Shown piece after piece: positions 26,571 to 39,325 of a stretch of 64,000 bases of DNA; positions within the stretch are counted from its first letter, which is position 1; every line of letters begins with the position of its first letter. Source of the DNA: Chrysomallon squamiferum. Its lineage: Eukaryota; Animalia; Mollusca. The stretch is from assembly GCA_012295275.1 (NCBI GenBank), contig CM022679.1, forward strand, positions 9,548,001 through 9,612,000. The letters are read 5' to 3'. The translations under genes were made by a program, and so were the position numbers. A model generated the notes under the pieces. It did no database searches and had not been told where the DNA came from. It was given only the letters and a program-made list of their open reading frames with translations.

Positions 26571-27714
26571 TTAACTGTCTACATCTGTGGGTTCGTAACA
26601 CGGTATTCGTCTCAACCACTCGTCAATATCGTAATGGATCTTTTTGTATTTCTGAACGTTGTGTAAGCGGTTACAAATCTGGCACCACGGCTGCGGGTAG
26701 CCGATTCTGTATTTGTTCTTTTTCTGCAGGAACGCCGCATATTCCGTTACGTTGTTGTTAAGAAAGAGCAGATAGTCTGTCAAGTCTTTCACACTTGTGA
26801 AATCCGCGGTATTTATTAAGAATTCTTTTCGAAACAAGTGTGAATAATTGGCCCCGCCGCGCACCACGGGGATCACGTCGTGTTCGAAAGTTTTGAAAAA
26901 CTTCTCGGTGACGTAGTCCGGGCAAAACGAATTCTCGAAGGCCAAGTAGAAGCGGTAGTTCTTCAGACAGTGGCGCTCGTCTTTGCGCGAGCAATTCAAT
27001 TTACCGCACCGTCCATAAATGTCAACTTCGAGGCCGTAACTTTGCATTTTTTTCACATAATCCTCGCGTCTGCTCGACGTCTTACAATTGCCCACGAACC
27101 ACGCCACCGATTTCTGCTTCTGCTTGGCAATTTTAAACCAGTCCTTTTTAACCGCGGTCCGCTTTTCAAACACGGCGCCGTACGGGAAAACAATGTCGGA
27201 GTCCGATCGGTACGTCAGCGTCCAATTGAACACCTTGCTCCAGTATTTGGATGGAAATTTGACAGCGTACAGATTAGGAGGGGGCTCCTTGCAGTAAAAT
27301 ATCCAGATCTGCTTCGTGGATCGTTTGGGTGGTCTCTCGTCTGGTTTCAAATAAAAAGCATTGACGATAACGCCATCGGCTTCTCGAACATGATCCGGAT
27401 TCTGCGATAGTTTGCATCTGTAATGACCACAGTTTAAGATTCCTGTGAACGAAGTATTCCAGGGTCGTCTGGCACCATTGTACCACACGATAAGCTTTTC
27501 GCTTCTCTTTCTGTTTGCCGAGGAGGTGCTCTTTTGTATGCGTATATCTGTCCCGTTCGAGATTTCTATTACCTCCAGCGGCAAGAAATCGCTTCTGTCG
27601 AAGTCTGTCTTCATGGACAAGCTGATGCATTTCAGAATATATACCATTTCAGCGTAGCTTCCCACCAGAAGTACCACAGTGATGAACAGAAGGAGAACGT
27701 AACTCTTACGCTTT
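26571..27714 (-). CDS. Fucosyltransferase main exon (TM anchor and whole catalytic domain)
   Basis: ORF 26571-27677 extended to the acceptor at 27715; alpha-1,3-FucT motif. Confidence 0.95.
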
Positions 27715-28640
27715 CTGAAACAATAATAAAAACAACTAAATGGTCTTATTAATATGCAACAAAATGATACGTAATCTGGCCATGATGGTCACTTAAGCCT
27801 ACAACTGTATTTAAACGGAAACACAACATACGATACAAGGCTGTAATTGTATTTCATACAAAAGCACAACGTAGGATACAAATTATGATCCAACATTTAA
27901 ACATGTAATTGTATACAGAAATACAACGTAGGATACAAATTATGATACAACATTTAAACATGTAATTGTATACAGAAACACAACGTACAGTACAAATTAT
28001 GATACAACATTTAAGCCTACGGTTGTATTTAAACATGTAGTTGTATTTCATACAGAAACAGAACGTATGTTACAATTTATGATACAACATTTAAGCCTAC
28101 GGTTGTATTTCATACATCGTAGAATACAAATTATTAAACAACATTTTCTTTCTTTTAGATGGCAAATCTGGGGGAAAACAATAAAAAAAAAAAAAAAAAA
28201 AAATTGAGATATATAAAAATCGGATTTTAATCCATCTAATTATTCATACATTTAGCGTTAAGCAATAAAAATCTGTTAGTTGTTTATTAACTTGTAATTT
28301 CTTCTTTTTTTTCATGGGAAGAGCTCTGCAGTTTACAAAGTAAACAAAATAATGTTCCGGAACGTCAAGAAAATGTTCATAGCCAATTGAATATAGCCCC
28401 CGTGACGCCGTACGAAACAAGTGCGTTTATATTACTAGTACAGATCCTACGCAATTTATCCGGCAGGATTAGCACCAGAAGTGACCGGGATTTCAGAATT
28501 ATCTTCTTTTCTGGACCAACCTTCCATACAACATACGTTAAAAATATAAAATATAAAATAAACAGTGAACAATATTTAACATCTACGGATTATTCTACTT
28601 CTGGTAATTCAGATTTTCTGGCAGCGTGATACCTCTATTA

Positions 28641-28697
<57 letters not shown>

Positions 28698-28872
28698 GTA
28701 GTAGTAATAGTAGTAGTAGTACCACCACTACGTTACTTTTTTGCTATTTTTATTACTACTGTTATACTGCTATTATTATTGATGTTGTTATTGCTACAAC
28801 TACCACTATTGCTACTAGTACTACTACGACTACTACTACTGGTAGTATTATTACTTTCACTGTTATTATTAC

Positions 28873-28922
<50 letters not shown>

Positions 28923-29181
28923 TTTTTACATCTCTCACACATATTCTAATATATTATATTACATGTAACTGTGACATGTGGGATTTTGTTAAAGATAAGC
29001 TGTCGGCAGTGTAGTGTAAGAAAGAAAAATATTATTCGTTTTGGACCGCTGATAAAGAGACTGTTACCAGTCGTTCAGTAAAAGTGAAAGACTGGCGTCC
29101 TTGTCAGTGGTTCGTCTCAAACATTCGAAATTTCCAGTCTTAGAATAACTAAAGATGTTAAATTTTTAAACCATTAACAGA

Positions 29182-29261
<80 letters not shown>

Positions 29262-29339
29262 TGATGATGATGACAATAACGAGATTGATAATACAAAAAG
29301 AAATACAATAATAATAATAAATAATAATAATAATAATAA

Positions 29340-29374
<35 letters not shown>

Positions 29375-30040
29375 AATAAAATAAAATAAAATAAAATAAA
29401 GTAAATAAAGAAAGAAAAGAAAAGAAATAAAATAAAACGAAATGAAAGGAAATGAATATATTCCGTATGATAATAAAATGTCCGTAATATTTTATTGATT
29501 AAACTTATTATTATGTTTTATTATAATAAACTGTTTTATTACTTTTAGTTTCATTTAGGAAAATATCTGTTTTGAAGTGTTCAAAACGTATCTTGTATTT
29601 TAATTCGTTTTATTTTTTTTTTTTTTTTTTTTTTACATTATCGGTTTTAATTTTTATTCTTAAGCTTTAACATTTATGCATTTTAATAAGGAAGCATTTT
29701 TAATAGATCGCTAATATAACATAGACTGATTTAAATTTATGTTAATTTTTTGAGATTTGTTAATAGATTCGTTTGTATGTAGTAATAGAATTTTATTATC
29801 AAAGAGTTGAACTAACGATTCTGAAAGGAAATGCGTAACTCAAAAAAAATAAATAAAAATATAAAAATAAAAAAAAAAAAAAAAAATAATAAAAAAAAAT
29901 TAAAAAGTAAAAAAAATAAATAAATAAATAAAAAATAAAAATGAGTAAAAATCGCCATATCATAATAATTCTGTCGACTTAAAATTTTCTGAACAATAAT
30001 TTTAGCAAATAAAAGCATTACTGTTAATCTGTTTTATTCT

Positions 30041-30107
<67 letters not shown>

Positions 30108-30319
30108 ATCATACACGTACACTGATATATTATTTTTTCAATCTAAGATCAAAGATATACTGAACGATATCAAACTCGAAATATTTAAGCTGTGGTTTCA
30201 TTTTAAACCATAACCATTTATATTACTCTTTAATTAAAAACAAGAAAACTAAATATTTACCAATACCTGAAAGAAAAACGATATGTCCTGCTTCGTGCTT
30301 GGTAACTCTTTTCCGCCAT
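26571..30319 (-). CDS. Alpha-(1,3)-fucosyltransferase (GT10; fucosyltransferase C / glycoprotein 3-alpha-L-fucosyltransferase-like), 398 aa
   Basis: Exon 30319-30267 (MAEKSYQARSRTYRFSF, ag|gtattg, phase 2) plus exon 27714-26571 (tttcag acceptor). Type II anchor KRKSYVLLLFITVVLLVGSY; WIFYCKEPP; FNWTLTYRSDSD; GT10 motif YRFYLAFENSFCPDYVTEKFF. Confidence 0.93.
27795..28145. repeat. Intronic minisatellite (~57-76-bp units, atacagaaatacaacgtaggatacaaattatgatacaacatttaa...)
   Basis: About 5 copies visible. Confidence 0.85.
28628..29460. repeat. Clustered trinucleotide microsatellites (CTA)n, (TTA)n, (AAT)n and (AAAT)n/(AAAAT)n
   Basis: Representative of dozens of (TA)n, (TG)n, (GA)n, (AAT)n and poly-A/T tracts across the window, e.g. 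435-493, 3010-3110, 31380-31610, 44250-44328, 47545-47620, 48530-48650, 56103-56191, 63130-63700. Confidence 0.9.
30110..30161 (+). repeat. Inverted repeat, left arm (52 bp, adjoining a (CT)n(CA)n tract)
   Basis: Reverse complement of 32662-32713 with one mismatch. Confidence 0.92.
30267..30319 (-). CDS. Fucosyltransferase proximal first coding exon
   Basis: ataATGgcg start, 53 nt, cag|gtattg donor, phase 2 matches the main exon. Confidence 0.75.
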
Positions 30320-31205
30320 TATTAGGTTTTGAAGTGAAAAAAAAAAAAAAAAAACGTGGAGAGAAAGAGAGGCTGTGTATTCCAAAACGTATCCAGCTTT
30401 CAACATGTGTCTTCAAGACACAACTGACTTAACTTCTGACTCGGCAGAGTCAGGTTCCCTGACAACTTGACCCCTCGGTAAAATGCCAAACGAAACACGA
30501 GTAAATCAAAAAAAAAAAAAAAAAAAAAAAAAAGAGAGAGAGAGAAATTTTAATACGTGTTTCAGAAGCACATTTATTCTGTGTCGAAATATTTTTGTTT
30601 TCAATTTTTTTTTTTTTTTTTTTATAAATAATGGAATTGTTTTCTGCGTAAAGATAAATTGAGAAGTAAGGACAAGGTTATTTGGAAGTTGTAATTCATA
30701 GACAGAGTAAACAAAGGAATAAATAGTTAAAGAAGTAAAAAACAGGCAGAGAAAAAGCCAGAATTGTGTATGGTTATTACTACAACAACTACAATTACTA
30801 CTACTACTACTATTGCTACAACAACAACAACAACAACAACAACAACTACTACTACTAATTTTATTATTATTATAATTAATTTAACTTTAACAAACAACAG
30901 AAACACTTATAAACATCAGCTGAATAGCCTCCAACAGAATCATCGATATTTCATTTCCAGAACTTAATGCTTCAGAAACAACTCGTTCTTCTGTTTGTAA
31001 GTTTAAGTTTCTTTTCCCTCTGAATTACACATTTCAGCAGTAACAACAATCACACCCTCAACCCAGTGTGGTTATTTCGGTTACTTGTAAGATGCGTAAC
31101 AAATAACAACCGCAGAATTAAAACGTTTGCTGATATCTAGTTTAAAATTCTTGAAACGAAAAAAAAAGCCAGAGTTTCTGTTTCGTTAAGTGTAACGTTT
31201 CAAAG

Positions 31206-31248
<43 letters not shown>

Positions 31249-31406
31249 CTGCAGTAATGAAATTAAAAACATTTACTCTAAGTAAAAAAAATTCCTACTA
31301 TAAATTGTTTATTAACGAAATTAAAATTAAACATTTAACAACAACAATAATGATAATAATAAAAAATATTATTAATAATAAAAATAATATAATAATAATA
31401 ATAATA

Positions 31407-31478
<72 letters not shown>

Positions 31479-31551
31479 TTTCAATGAACCATAAAAACTG
31501 GAACGATGGACAGTTATAGAAATAACAGAATCTAAACAGACACACGCACAT

Positions 31552-31612
<61 letters not shown>

Positions 31613-32372
31613 CACAGAGAGAGAGAATGTGAGACTGGCTGATTGACAGTGAAAGACTTCAGAAATAACCATAAACAGATATTTAATATTTCTCGGGAGT
31701 TTAAACGATATAAACTTTAAGCCACTTATATCTATTTCTAACAACTAAATTAGCTTATATTCGTTTCTGACTCTCTTATGTTACAGTGTACATGATCATA
31801 AGACTGACAACCTTTTATTTTCATGATCAAACAATAGAAACTCGCTCTTCAGTGGTTATTTGCACAAACTATAAAATAATGTCTTCGTCAGGTTTTTAAA
31901 TCCATATATACGCGAACTATTTAAAATAGGGAAACCTCTTCACTGAAAAAAAACAACAAAAACAAAAACAAAAACAAAAACAAATAACTATATAAATAAT
32001 GGAAAACTGAATAACATTATTTGTTAAATTTGACCAAATATAATAAGGTTCATTCCAATGAAAATAAAAAAATAAAGTTTTCTTCAAATTATTTCCATAT
32101 TTTAAATATAACAACTGGTTTGTTTAAATAACTGCACTGATGTTAGATATTTAACCACACCTTTTCAAATGGATATTTTTGTATTTTGTTTTTTTAGATT
32201 TATAAATAGCGCATATCAGTTATTATTTCACACACACACACACACTATTAAACACACAGACACACGGGACATTCACCATTCCATTCATCTGTCTTTAAAG
32301 TTATATATTAAAAACAAAAACAAGAAGAACAAGAAGAAGAAGAAGAAAATAAACAAACAACAAAAACAGACA

Positions 32373-32406
<34 letters not shown>

Positions 32407-32661
32407 TGTATATATATGTATGTGTATGTGTGTGTGTGTATGTTTTATTTGTATCTATTTAGTGATTAGTATTTATGTTTGTAACGATATCTGGCCGTTT
32501 ATATTAATAATATTTGATAGCATTTATCTCGTATATTATATACATTAACAAAATCAAAGTAATTTTTTTGTTTGTATGTTTGTTGATGTTGTTTGTTTTC
32601 TTGTTTGTTTATATATATATATTAGATTAAATCGGTGTTTTGCATTTCAGTAATTCAGTAG

Positions 32662-32710
32662 AGTATATCTTTGATCTTAGATTGAAAAAATAATATATCA
32701 GTGTACTTGT

Positions 32711-32713
<3 letters not shown>
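32662..32713 (-). repeat. Inverted repeat, right arm (52 bp, adjoining a (GA)n tract)
   Basis: agtatatctttgatcttagattgaaaaaataatatatcagtgtacttgtatg. Confidence 0.92.
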
Positions 32714-32778
<65 letters not shown>

Positions 32779-33151
32779 CTTTATCTATAATGATGACCTG
32801 GTGTAAAATGAAATAATTATATAATTATATGTCCTTGTAAAAAAAAAAAAAATAATAAAAAAATAAAAAAATAATAAAAATAAATAATAATAATAATAAA
32901 AATCCATTATTTTATATTAGCGTTGTTATTAATGAAACAGTGTCTTTGTTTCCCAGTGCGTTATCGCGACATTTCCATTTCACTGTGACCGCAGGGGTCG
33001 GTGAGGCAGGCAGTTAGCGGTGTGTGTCTAATGTCGTGCTTCTCAAGTGTACATTAGCTCGGATGCTGACTGTAATTAGTGACACTTCGCACAGAAGTGA
33101 GCCGGTCCGGTTTATCCATTAGTGGAGGATGGGGGTGTTTCCATTACTTAC

Positions 33152-33276
33152 AGAGGACCAACATTTTCAATATCCCCGAAGTTTTTTGAACTCATGTTAT
33201 GGGATCCCTTCGCAAGCTGTAATGACGTTTGGGGCGAACGTCTTCTTCGATGGGACGGTTTTCCGTGATAGATTAA
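33152..33276 (-). CDS. Fucosyltransferase alternative upstream coding exon (...MSSKNFGDIENVGP)
   Basis: Strong acceptor ttttatcttacag, consensus donor ct|gtaagt, fully open frame, phase 2 compatible with the main exon; internal ATG at 33195. Confidence 0.65.
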
Positions 33277-33964
33277 CTGTAAGATAAAATAAAAAAAATA
33301 AAAAAATTAAAAATTAAAAATTAAAAATATTAAAAATAAAAAATTTTAAAAATAAAAATTGATTGAAGCAGTATGAACTAAAATCGCTTCTGGTGCTTCT
33401 CCTATGATTTTGGCCCTGAAGCTTAAAATTTATTACTTTCATAATGGATTGCTCCTGCATATATATATATATATATATCATTGACAGATATATGTATATG
33501 TATGTATATATATGAAATAAAATTCAGTTACAAACCAGATAACCTCTAGCTTGATATATAGATGCCACAAAAAAAAAAAAAAAAAAAATTTGATTAATGT
33601 TTGAGCAAAATATGCATGGCATTTTGTCTTATTATAATTATTTTAAATTTCTTTACATCTAAACATTAAATCAGTATAATAATACTCTATTCATGCCTTA
33701 TAATAATTAAATAGACTGATATACAAATAAATAAATAAAAATAAAGTAATTAATTATGACAGTCATGACTATACTACTAATATTATGGGAAAATAATAAA
33801 TAAATAAAAAAAAATAAAGGAAAAAGTCTACGATTTGAAAAGCGTTGTAAAAAAACAAGTGCACTATTTACAGTGTAAAAATATTATTATTATTATTATT
33901 TTTTTTTTTTTCACATTAGAAACAACAACAAAAAGTTGGATATAGGTGATCGTTTCCGATGATG

Positions 33965-34003
<39 letters not shown>

Positions 34004-34243
34004 GCCGAGGTCAGGGTAGTTATTTCTAATAAATTTACCATTAAACTAATAAAATTTCAGCTACACAGCTAAAATAATAATAAAAAAATAAAGTGATAAG
34101 AAAGTAATTTAATTTGTTTTTTTTTCAATTTAAGAAAGAGAGAACTGGCAAACCATAATCGTTCTCAATTATTGATATTAAAATAATTGCAGCTATAAAA
34201 TTAATAAAAATAGAAGTAAACCAATAATAATAATAATAATAAC

Positions 34244-34293
<50 letters not shown>

Positions 34294-35616
34294 TTAAAAA
34301 AATTAAATATTTTTAATAATAAACAACTAAAGCAACGAAATACAAAAGTTAATTCTTATTTTTTTTTTTTTTTTTTTTTTCAGTTTAAGAAGCCGAGCTG
34401 TGGTGAAACGTAATCGTTATCGAAGATGTATCAGTTTTTAAGACTGCCTACGAGCTGCCCTTGCTATCTCTCTGATTACAAGGCGGTCATTAAACCAGGA
34501 CAACCGAGACTTGACGTCTGCTTTCAAATCACCCGAATATCCCGCGCCTTCCGGTTCCGAGCTATCGTATTCCTGCGCCACGTTATTACCCATCCATCAC
34601 CCCGTTGGCCGTGTAAAGCTAAACCAAGCGAGCGAAATTCATTTGTGTACCCGACACGTAAATGGATTGTTTCCGATGTAATTGAAGACGGGCGCATTTT
34701 TCAGAGATGGAAACTTTTCAGCGAAAACGTTATTACAAAACGAATCACAATATATCACGAGAAGTGTCAATTAATATAAAATGTATTACTATCATCCTTT
34801 CTTTCTGCCTGTGTTTATTTATTTATTATTATTGTTATTGTTATTATTATTATTGTCATTTGTCATTTGAGTTTTTAATAATTAATAATGATGATTATGA
34901 TGATGATGGTGAATACGGCAATGATGATGATAATAACTGTAGATAAATCGCGGACACGGCTGCAGAACAATGTTTTTTCTATTATTTATTTATTAATGTA
35001 TTTTATAATTTATATTTATAGTTAAAATATAACTAAACAGTTATATATAATGTTGAACAAATAAAAAAACAGAAACAAATAAACAAACAAGAAAACAGAA
35101 ACAAATAAACAAACAAAAAACAACAACAACAAAAAACCCCACACAATTCCAACCACCAAACAAAATCGCATGAAAATATATATAGAATCTATTAAAGCTT
35201 TCCGTCCTTACAAACGCTGGTTTTTGTTCCTATTACTATGGAAACAGAAATTTGACATGACTGAATGCATTGACACAGCATGAATTATCCCCCTTTAAGA
35301 GGCAGACGATAAAACGATATTGTTTTCTTTTATTCTGAATAACAAAAAAAAAAAAAAAAAAAAAAAGAAAGAAAAAAAAATAATAATATCAACACTGCTG
35401 TTTTTAGCAGAACAACGGAAATTTAAAAAAAAATAGAAAAAAAAAAAAAAAAAAAAAAGAAGAAGAAAAGAAGGGGGAAAAAAACAAAAAATATTGCACT
35501 GGGCGGTACTGAATCTTGTCGGAGCTACATTTTACTGACATAAGAAACTCGGCGACAACTAAAGCGGTAGACGTCAATCAACAAACCACGCCTCCCCGTG
35601 TGTGCGTTGAGCTTAC

Positions 35617-35688
35617 CATTATCGATGCAAGGATGTTTATTCTTGGTAACTGGATCACGTATTCATTGATATGTAAAGAACATAGCAT
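35617..35688 (-). other. Candidate distal 5' exon of the fucosyltransferase (ends ATG|gtaagc)
   Basis: Donor atg|gtaagc in a CpG-rich island; phase 0 joins in frame to exon 33276-33152; further in-frame ATG at 35688. Confidence 0.45.
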
Positions 35689-36200
35689 GCGGCACGAGAT
35701 AGAAGAACGATAAACCGGATCACGGCATTATTCAGGGGTTGTTAGGCTTCCCAGCGAGTTGCTCCATAGAATCTATGGGCTTGGCGGCCATTGATTGCAC
35801 GAGTGTTTTACGTGGGAGATAAAAAGCCAAGTGGCTGCGGGGCTGTTTGTGAATAAGCTATGGAATTACATAGATGTTGACGTGCGTGTGAAATATTCCG
35901 TGCTGGGCTGGATGAAATGTAGGTCACAGCTCTTAGAAGGTCAGCTGTGTGTGTTACGTTGTGATTTATGGATTTTTCGGAAATACTTCGTTTAATTCTT
36001 GTGGAAATTTTAAGGTAATAAAGAAAAACAATTTTTGACAACTTTCTCTTTCGTATTTTTGTTAAAAAAAAAGCAAAAAAAAAAAAAAAGAAAAAAAAAG
36101 CGCAGCATAAATGAATTGTCTGTCAAGTCGACGTATGATTTATTTTTATTACGTAAATAATAGTATTTTCTCATTTTTCGAATAATAGATATAACTGTTA

Positions 36201-36236
<36 letters not shown>

Positions 36237-36428
36237 GTCATTAATTATTTCTGTTTTCTGGGGTTTATTATTTTTTATTTCTATACTGTAGTAAAAAAGG
36301 AGTGTAAAATGAATTATTTTCGGGCAAGCGATGCAAGGAAAAATCTTTCAGCTTTGTTTTGTGCAGCTGAAAGACTTAACAGATTTGCTGACTCGCTCAA
36401 AACCTAGCAGCCATCTTTGTTAAGCTGC

Positions 36429-36490
<62 letters not shown>

Positions 36491-36893
36491 TTATTGACAA
36501 ACTATAAAAGGTAATAAAAAACGAAAAAAGAAAACAGAATAAATAAACAAACAAATAAATAAAATAAGTGAAGGTCACTGATCGAGTAAAACAGTAAAAC
36601 AGTAAAGCAGTAAAGTGCGCTTCAGTATACTGAGTACGGGTGGGTGGTATCAAATAAAGCGTGTTTCGATTGACAACGTTGTGCAAGGTGTCACCAAACC
36701 ACCCAAACAAGCACACGTCGACTACGGATGAGTCATAGGGTAAATCTTTCGTGTTTGACCATTCCAGCGAACATGAGAAGCACAAAAAAACAAAAAAAAA
36801 AAACGTGACCCTTAAACAAAAAAGTAAATAAAAATAAAATAAAATAAAATAAATAAAAAGAAAACAAATTTAAAAGAAAAAATAAGTAAATAA

Positions 36894-36940
<47 letters not shown>

Positions 36941-37539
36941 TTTAATATATATAAAAACTATTGATACTAAAATTACACTTTATAATAAAAAAAAATGTTT
37001 CTCTTTTTTTTTTTTTTTTTCTTCTGCATTAGTAAATATTTGGTCACCAAATTTAAAAGTTAATTGAAAATTAAAATAACACAGATAAGTTATTAATATA
37101 AATATGTAAGCATGTAAAACATTTTAGTTTTTTTGCTGTTTATTGTTTTATAAAGACGTCAAAACTGTTGAAACATTTTGAATTTTATATTATTTTTTTT
37201 TTTATTATTATTACATGTTGTTTAAATGAATAATCTTATGTTATTTTGTACATAATGCAGACAGAAAATGTAATATTAACACAAGTTCTAATGAATGCAA
37301 AGTAAAAATAATAATTCATCAATTACTGATTCATTTAACAGTATTTGAAATATAGTTATAAATAAATAAATAAATAAATATATATATATATATTTATATT
37401 TTTTGTTGAGACGTTTGACTTATAATAATGAGGACATAGAGATATATTTTTTTAAATATCTAATTATAAAAATGTAATTAATTAAAACAAAATAATATAA
37501 AACTTAGAAATACCCGACAACTAAAAATAAATAAAAAAA

Positions 37540-37575
<36 letters not shown>

Positions 37576-37963
37576 AAAAATAAAAAAATAAATATTTCTT
37601 TTAAACCAATAGAATTATCATTTATATATATATATATTATTATATCACGTTCAATTTTAATGAATCCTATTTATCGTACTGCTGTTAATAAAACTTTGAA
37701 TTACAAACTGTTAACTAGTGCATTTACAGTACACAACGGTGTCAAAATGTTAAACGCGTGCGAAGTTATTTAAAATTAGTTCAGTGTAAAAATAATATAA
37801 TGTAACGTAACGTTATTTAATGGACTGTTATGTAAGGTTGTTATATAAAGTAATGTAATGTAGTACAGTAATACATGTTTTTGTTTATTTATTATTATAT
37901 ACTGGGCTTTTTTTTTTTTTTTTTACAGCATTAACAATTTGTATTTATCATATTAAAACATCA

Positions 37964-38000
<37 letters not shown>

Positions 38001-38360
38001 ACAACAAAAAAAAAACAAGACAAAATACACCGTTGATATAAAAGTTATTATTCTACAAAATGTTAGTTTTGTTAGTATGTTAGCATCAACAAGCAGATTT
38101 TTAAAAAAAAGAAGAAATATTGTAATAAGGATAGAGAGTGGACATGTAAGTTTGTCTTACTTTTCTGTTTAGGATATTTAAAAAATATTTATTGGATAAT
38201 GTCCCTATTAACGTGATTTCGGCAGTTCTGTTATAGCAAATTAGTTAACTGATTAGTAGTTGTGTAGGTTATTTCAGGTGATTATTTTTGAGGTGTAGGA
38301 GTTTGTACTTTTTAAAATTATTGTTAAATGTGAAACTAATATAATTATTTAATGGAAATT

Positions 38361-38408
<48 letters not shown>

Positions 38409-38464
38409 AAAAGAAAAAGAAAAAATAGGAATATATATATATAAATAAAATTTATTTATTAACA

Positions 38465-39325
38465 GTAATAACGCTACTTGATAACTGATATAATATTTTA
38501 GAACATACACATTTATTTGTATGTAAAATAACGTTGCTGCATAATTGAAGTAGTATTTAAGAACATTTATTATACGTGAAATAACGTTACTTGATAACTG
38601 ATGTTGTATTTAAGTATATACACCTATTTATTGTACGTGAAATAACGTTACTTCATAACTGATGTAGTATTTAAGAAATACACATTTATTGTATGTGAAA
38701 TCATGTTACTTGATAACTGAAGTAGTATTTAAGAACATATTTATTGTATGTGAAATCATGTTACTTGATAACTGAAGTAGTATTTAAGAAATACACACAT
38801 TTATTTTACGTGAAATAACCTAACTTAAGAATTTAAGAATTGAAATAGTATTTAAGAAATACACATATTTATTGTACGTGAAATAACCTAACTTAAGAAT
38901 TTAAGAATTGAAATAGCATTTAAGAATTACACATATTTATTGTACGTGAAATAACCTAAAAAACTTAAGAATTTAAGAATTGAAATAGTATTTAAGAATT
39001 ACACATATTTATTGTACGTGAAATAACCTAAAAAACTTAAGAATTTAAGAATTGAAATAGTATTTAAGAATTACACATATTTATTGTACGTGAAATAACC
39101 TAAAAAACTTAAGAATTTAAGAATTGAAATAGTATTTAAGAATTACACATATTTATTGTACGTGAAATAACCTAAAAAACTTAAGAATTTAAGAATTGAA
39201 ATAGTATTTAAGAATTACACATATTTATTGTACGTGAAATAACCTAACTTAAGAATTTAAGAAATACACATATTTATTGTACGTGAAATAACCTAACTTA
39301 AGAACTGAAACAGTATTTAAGATTA
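38465..39325. repeat. Tandem minisatellite, ~55-60-bp units grading into near-identical 72-bp units
   Basis: acacatatttattgtacgtgaaataacctaaaaaacttaagaatttaagaattgaaatagtatttaagaatt recurs at 39001, 39073, 39145. Confidence 0.92.

Noticed and set aside
26571-27714. Horizontal transfer or retrogene origin of the fucosyltransferase, suggested by its high GC and single catalytic exon
   Set aside because: Single-exon catalytic domains are normal for animal GT10 genes, it has an animal-type type II anchor and spliced 5' exons, and the nearby BAH gene exons are similarly GC/CpG-rich.
26758-27752. Several overlapping ORFs, up to 176 aa
   Set aside because: Alternative-frame or antisense shadows of the GC-rich fucosyltransferase exon.
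30255-30266. Alternative donor tg|gtaaat 6 nt downstream of the FucT proximal exon donor
   Set aside because: Splicing there creates TGA at the junction with the main exon.
38465-39325. CRISPR-like array
   Set aside because: Units are contiguous tandem copies with no unique spacers, in a eukaryotic context with no cas genes; the same holds for the arrays at 27.8, 41.5, 53.8 and 57.4 kb.
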